From the human T2T-CHM13v2.0 reference genome, Homo sapiens, in NCBI RefSeq assembly GCF_009914755.1, contig NC_060931.1: a stretch of 64,000 bases of DNA. One strand, given 5' to 3'. Positions 57,620 through 64,000 of the stretch are shown in pieces; within the stretch, counting starts at the first letter, position 1; the number at the start of each line of letters is the position of its first letter. Made by a program: the position numbers and the translations under genes. The notes under the pieces are model-generated. The model did not search any database, was not told the DNA's origin, and saw only the letters and a list, made by a program, of their open reading frames with translations.

Positions 57620-60600
57620 GAGGAATACTCAAGAATACTTATTGTATTACAAAAAATATCTTTATATCTGGCATGCAGTCAACAATTTCTGGGCATGCAA
57701 AGAATGAGGAAAATATGAGCCACAATCAGTGGAAAAATTAATTGAAACAGATCCAGCAATGTTAGAAATAAAAGCAGTAGATGAAAACATTAAAATAGTT
57801 GTTATAATTAGATTTCAAAAATACAATAAGGTAGCAAAAGGGCTGAGTATGATAAGTAGATACAGAAAAGATAAAAAGAAGGTTCTACTCCAACTTCTAA
57901 AATGAAACATATGTGTTATGAAATGTACATTGGATGGGATAACAGATTCAAATATGCAGAAGAAAAAATTAGTTAATTTTAAGACATACTACAATAGAAA
58001 GTATCAAAATTTAAACACAGAAATAAAAGACAGGAAAGGATGAACAGAACTTCAAGAGGCTGTGGCATAATTATAAGCTACTAATATACGCTTTTGGAAT
58101 CTCAGAAGGTTAGAATGAGAGAGGTGCTAGAAAAGATAACTGAAGAGATAATGGCTGAAAATTTTTCAAATTTGATGAAATTTTTAAGATTTATAATATC
58201 ACAGATCCAAGACATTCAAGAAATCCCAAATAGAAGGAATATGATGAAAACTACATGAAGAGACATCATAATCAAAATACTTGAAATCAGTAGTAAAGAA
58301 GAAAATTATAAAAGCATTCTGAGAAGAAAGGCATATTGTGTACAGTGAACCAAAGATGAGAATACAGTAGACTTTGCAGTAGAAATAATACATCACCAAG
58401 GAAAGTGAATAATAATTTAAAAGTTTTGAAAGAAAAATTGGAATTTTATACTCAAGGAAATAGCTTTCAAAATTGAAGATGAAATGAAGACCTTCTATAC
58501 AGAAGCTAAAAGAATTCATTACCTGGAGAATACTATTATAAGAAATGTCAGGGGAAGTCTTTAATAATGTAAATAATATAAAACGAAATTCTAGACCTAC
58601 AGAAGGAAATGAAGAGAAATAGAAATTATGTGGGTAAATATAGGCTACTTCATTTTTTAAAAAATTATTTAAAGGATTATTAACTTTTTAAAACAAAGGA
58701 CATGACTGTGTTGTTTGAGATTTATAATATCGAGAAGTAAAATTTAGAACAATAGCATGTCGGTTTTTATGACAACATGGAAGTATACTTTTGTAAGGTG
58801 ATTATGCTGTGCATGAAGTAGTAGTATATTACTTGGAGACAGACTGAAATAAATTGAAGAGGTATGCTATAAGACATAAATAAACACTGAAGAAACCCCA
58901 GCAAAGAGTTATACCAATAAAGAGTTATACAACAAGGATAAAACATAATTATAAAAGTACTTTATCCAAAAAATGCAAAAAAGAAAAAGAGCACAGGGGA
59001 ACAAAAAATGAAGAGATGTATAGAAAACTAACAGCACAATGGTAGCTTTAAACCCAAACTTATCAGGAATTTCTTAAATGTAAATGGTCTAATGACCAAT
59101 TTAAAGGCAGAGATTGTCATATTATATTTTTAGAAAGTAAGTCTCAAATAGGTTAAAAGTAACAGGATAGAAAAAATGTGTCACGCTAGCATTAATCAAA
59201 AGAGCACTAGTGTGGTTATATTGATATTAGACAAAATAAATTTTAAAAGTCAGTTTTGAAAACATAAAGTTAGTAAATCTTTAGTCAGACTTGTTTGATA
59301 TAAAAAGAACAAAGACACAAGTTAGAATGAGAAGGTGTAATTACATATTCCACAGATACTTTAAGGATTAACCAATATTATGAAGAACTTTATGCCAGTG
59401 AATACAACAAGTTAGACTAAATGGTTAAATTTTATGGAAGACAGTGCTATGAAAAATTACCAAAGTTCACTCAAGAAAAAATTGTTTATGTGTATACATG
59501 AAGATGAGTTTAGATTTAAGATCCTCTTAAAAAGAAAATTGTTTGTTTCACTGGTGAATCTTAGCATTAGATGGAGAAATAATACCAACTCAACATATAC
59601 TCTTTCAGAACATAGAAGATGGTATACTTCTCAACTACTTTTATGAAGCCAATGTTGCTATGATAGTATAATTTTTAAAAGGCATTAAAATACAAACTAT
59701 CACAAACCAATATTCCTCATGAATGTAAATACAGAAGTCCAAATTGGATTATAAATCCAATAGCCAGGTGACATTTATTGTTTGAATGTATGGTTGATTT
59801 AATGTTTATGAATCAACCCATGGAATTTTTCTTACTGATAGGATTAAGGTAAAAGTCATTTGTTCTTCTCAATAGATGTAGATTTTTTTAAAAAAGCTCT
59901 CAGGAAACTTGAAATAGAAGGGAATTTCCTCAATGAGATAAATAGGATCTTAGTGAAGCCTGCAACTAATAACATTCTTAATGGTGAAAGACCTAATGCT
60001 TTTCTCTTGGTATTAAGAACAATGCAAATATCTCTACCCTCACCACTTCCATTCAAGATTGTACCAGAGGCCATAGCTAATTCACTGAGACAGTAATAAC
60101 TAATTGAAAGCCCATAGAATGAAAAGGAGGAAGTAAAACTCTTTATTCACAGGCAATATGGTCATTTATACACAGATGACCATGAAGAAAATCCTAAAGT
60201 ATCTACAAAAGATGCTACTTGAACTGATAACTGAGTCCAATCATGTTATAGAAGATGAAGTTGTCCAATCATGTTACAGAAGATGAAGTTGATGTGCAGA
60301 AATCAGAGTGTATATACTATCAACATTAATAATTGAAAATTCAGATTGAAAATAACATTGATGACAGCATCCAAAATATTAAATACTTAAAGGTAAATCT
60401 AACAATATATTGCAGACTTCCACACTTAAAACAACAAAATATTGCTGACAGAACACAAAGACAATTTAAATGAGGGAAGAAGTAGACCATGTTCAATGTA
60501 TTATAATATTCAATATTGTTAAGATTTCAACTTTCCCTAAATTAGTCTGTAGATTAAACATAACCCTAGTAAAAATTTTAGAAGATTATTTTGTAGATGT

Positions 60601-62375
60601 TATTGTTAAAAAAAATTTCGGAGGACTTTCCCTGCCTGAAAGCATCACTAATCAAGGCAATCTGGTTGAGGTATAAGAATAGTAATATAGATTAATGGAT
60701 CAGAATAGAACTTTGCAGTGCAGACCTGCGCAGATATGAAGAATTGATTTTTTTTTATAAAGGTACCAAGGTAATTCCGTGGAGGAAATTATAGTTAACT
60801 CAAAAAATGGGGCTGAAAAAATTAAATAGTCTCATTGAAAACAAAATACAAACCAAAAAATGCCTTGACCTTCATCTCACAGTATATATAAAAATTAACT
60901 TAGAACTGATCACAACCCTAATTGCAGCAGCTAGAACACTAAGATTTCTAGAAAACAGGCAAAAATCTGTAATTTTAGATTTAGTGAAATAACTCAGGAA
61001 TAGAAAATCAAATACCTTATATTCTCATATATAAATTGGAGCTAGACATGGGTATCCATGGACATACAGAGGGAAACGCTGTAGGTAATATACACTGGGG
61101 ACTCTAAAAGAGGAGAACTGGAGGAGGATGAATGTTGAAAAATTATCTGTTGGGCACAATGTTCATTGTTAAGGTGATGAGTATGCTAGAAGCTCAAACC
61201 CCACTACTATGCAATATATCCATGTAACAAATCTGCATATATACCCTCTAAATGAATGAAAAAAAATTTTTAATGCAATATAACAATTTAAAAATTTTTT
61301 TAGGGCACAAAAGCAAAAAGTGTAAGAGGAAATAATGATAAACTGCGTCAAAATTTAAAACATTTGTTACAAAATACCCTTAAGAAAATGGAAAAACAAG
61401 CCACTTAAGAAAATGGAAAAACAAGCCACAGAATGAATATCTGTAAAACAATTTTCTGATAAAGAACTCTTGTAATTCAATAAGATTATTATAACAACTA
61501 TATAATGGAGTTTTTAAATGTGCAAGTCCTATTAAAATGTACAAATCACTTAAAGAGACAGTTCATCAAAGTAGATATACCATTAAACATGAAATGCTGC
61601 TTAACATTATTAGTTATTAGGGGCAGGTAAATTAAATCCACAATGAGGTTCTACTGTACACCTGCTAAAAAGGCTGAAATTAAAAAGACTGATACCACTA
61701 TGCATTGATAAGCATATGGACTGAGGTTCACATTTATTTGCTGATCGGAATGCAAAATAGCACAACCACTTTGCAGAACAGTCTGGTAGGGTTTTCCAAA
61801 GTTAGGCATACACTTATACCAGCTAGCAATTCCGCACCTCGGTATTTACTCAAGAACAATAAAAACATATATTTATATAAAGACTCATATTTGCATATTC
61901 ATAGCAGCTTTTTCATAATAACTAAAAACTGGAAACAACTCAAGTGTTCTTTAACTGATAAATGGATATACAAATTGTATTATATCCCATATAATGAAAT
62001 ATTTCCCAGTGATATGAAGGAACAAACTACCAATCCTTTCAATACCATGTATGACTCTCAAAACCATTATACTGAGTAAAAGAAGCCAGATGCCAATAGC
62101 CTGTGTACTGTTTGAATACATTTGTATAAAATTCTGGAAAATACAAAACTGTGCTAATAGCAGATCTATGATTGCTCAGAATCACGAAGGGAGGGAATTG
62201 TCTGCAAACAAGAAGGAAGGACCATTTCTGAGGTGATGAAAATGTTCTATATTGTGATTACTGTATTTCTTACACAACTATGTATACATTTATCGAAACT
62301 CCTCAGATTATACAACTTAAATTTGATCAATTTTAATGTATATAGATTGAACTCAGTAAAACTGAATTTTAAAAT
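57620..62375 (+). mobile_element. Old, long L1M (ME/MC-like) with ORF1, partly deleted ORF2 and 3' UTR
   Basis: ORF1-like gagataatggctgaaaatttttcaaatttg and agacatcataatcaaa; ORF2 start ttaaatgtaaatggtctaat; KPATNNILNGERPNAF; old 3' UTR. Confidence 0.8.
60985..61290 (+). mobile_element. L1PB-like 3' UTR fragment nested in the old L1
   Basis: gaaataactcaggaatagaaaatcaaatacc...accactatgcaatatatccatgtaacaaatctgca-type end. Confidence 0.8.
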
Positions 62376-62709
62376 GTGAGATAATAGCTATCGTTAACTT
62401 AAAAAGCACCATACGAATTGATTATTGTTGATAGTGATAGTGATGTGAAAAGGACTGTGTCTCTTTAACAAAGGCAGATGTAATCAATGTGAATTTCATT
62501 AGCAATCTCTAGATTTTATGGTTCTGTGTACTTTTACTTTTAAAATATTATTATTGACTTTTTACCAGAAAATATTTTCTGTACAATTTCTTGCATCTAA
62601 TTTTTTTATCAAACATGAATTTGCAACATAATTTTTGAAAACTCATGTTTCTTGAGTCTACAGCTATAAACAGGACCTTGCCTGTCTTGTTGACCACTGG
62701 CATAGTTGG

Positions 62710-63066
62710 TGTACCTATTGTTGTGTAACATATTACTATAAAATTCAGTGACCTGAAACAACTAACTTTTATTACCTCATGGTTTCTGTGATCCGCTTCC
62801 CAGCGAACTCATTTGGGCCCCTCTGCCAGGCCTCTCACAACATGAAAACTGGCTTCTCCAAAAAGTCATACAAGAGAGTGCCCAAGATGCAATCTGCCAT
62901 CTTTTTGTAACCTAAAATCTGAAATGACATCCCGTCAGCTCTGTATTTTATTTGATAAAAGTGAGTTAATATGTCCAGCCTACATGCAAGGATAGATAAT
63001 TACATTCAGACTTAAATAAAAGGAGTCAAGGATCACTTGGGTCTATGTTAGAGGCAGCCTATCATA
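62710..63066 (-). mobile_element. MLT1H-like MaLR LTR, partial
   Basis: ctattgttgtgtaaca...ggatcacttgggtctatgttagaggcagcctatcata. Confidence 0.6.
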
Positions 63067-63086
63067 GTACGGATCAATAACTAGTT

Positions 63087-63130
63087 GGATGGATGGATGG
63101 ATGGATGGATGGATGGATGGATGGATGGAT
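63087..63130. repeat. (GGAT)11 STR
   Basis: Read directly from the sequence. Confidence 0.97.
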
Positions 63131-63766
63131 GTGGAGGGATGGTCAGTCAGGCAGACAGATGATGGGCAAATAGATTAATGCTATACCACAATATAATTTA
63201 ATTTATGTTGCATACCCAACTTAATCCTGAAAAACTTGAGACTATTTAGGAAAGATTGACCAGGATGGTGAGAGGTATAACTATTTTCCTTCTATATATA
63301 AAAGTTAAAATATTCTATAACCCTTTGCCTTTAAAAAAAAAAAAACTTAAAAGACATGGTAATAATTATAAAGCATTTGAAAAAGTGAACTCTGGAAAAA
63401 GGATTAGATTTTTTTTTAACTCCAGACAATCATTCTAGTACTGTCAGCAATTTGGCAAAATTTGATATAAGACAGAGATTTTGTTTCAATTTGAAGAAAT
63501 TTTCAATGATTTATATGTTTGCTCTTCAGTGTCATTCACATTAAACTTTAAATGCTTTCAAGAAACTATCTGCTACCCATGATCAATAACTATGCATTCA
63601 TTTCACTTTTATCCCTAGCATATGGGTTTAATAACTTTGACAGGGAACCATATAACTTCTGATGGTCATAATTTTCTAGGAATTATAACAATAGAAAATA
63701 ATTAATCTGAGGGTCTTAAATATTTATCTTTTTTGGAAAAGGTTAAAATACATAAAAGAAAATATA

Positions 63767-64000
63767 GGCTGGGATCATGGCCGACAGGAGGCAGGACTAG
63801 ATTGCAGCTCTGACTTGGACAGACAGAGCAGGATGTGTAGGCTCTCATCATGAATTTTAGCTCCATAACGACTGCAGGAATAATCAGAAAACCCGAGAGG
63901 ACCCACAGACCCTCTGAAAGAAGCAGATTTCTCCTGCAGGACCCAGGAGACACCCCAAATATTTTGCTAGTATCCATGGCTGAGAGACCCATAGATGGTT
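63767..64000 (+). mobile_element. Start of an L1PB-type 5' UTR; element continues beyond the window
   Basis: gggatcatggccgacaggaggcaggactagattgcagctc after an A-rich target-like stretch. Confidence 0.75.

Overview
This is primate, most likely human, genomic DNA lying inside the + strand gene PPP1R9A (neurabin-1). Only two coding exons are present, 8543-8663 and 49696-49800. Spliced together they encode most of the neurabin PDZ domain and are separated by a 41-kb intron. The rest is intronic and mostly transposon-derived: L1s of many ages, about 20 Alu/FLAM copies, a THE1-type MaLR provirus, solo MaLR and ERV1 LTRs, DNA-transposon fossils and STRs. Essentially all ORFs in the supplied track are repeat artefacts. 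I found no convincing new multi-gene system. The best leads are: (1) a decayed, semi-processed KRAB zinc-finger retrocopy resembling the ZNF596/ZNF705 group at about 5.0-6.4 kb; (2) a candidate 73-nt poison exon in unique sequence; (3) an L1 with homopolymer tails at both ends inside a quasi-palindromic target-site duplication (TSD); (4) a 25-nt orphan retro-insertion that also forms an acceptor-GAG-donor microexon motif; (5) a 6-nt Alu insertion; (6) DUX4-type motifs in MaLR LTRs. Repeat subfamily names and most repeat boundaries are by-eye estimates.
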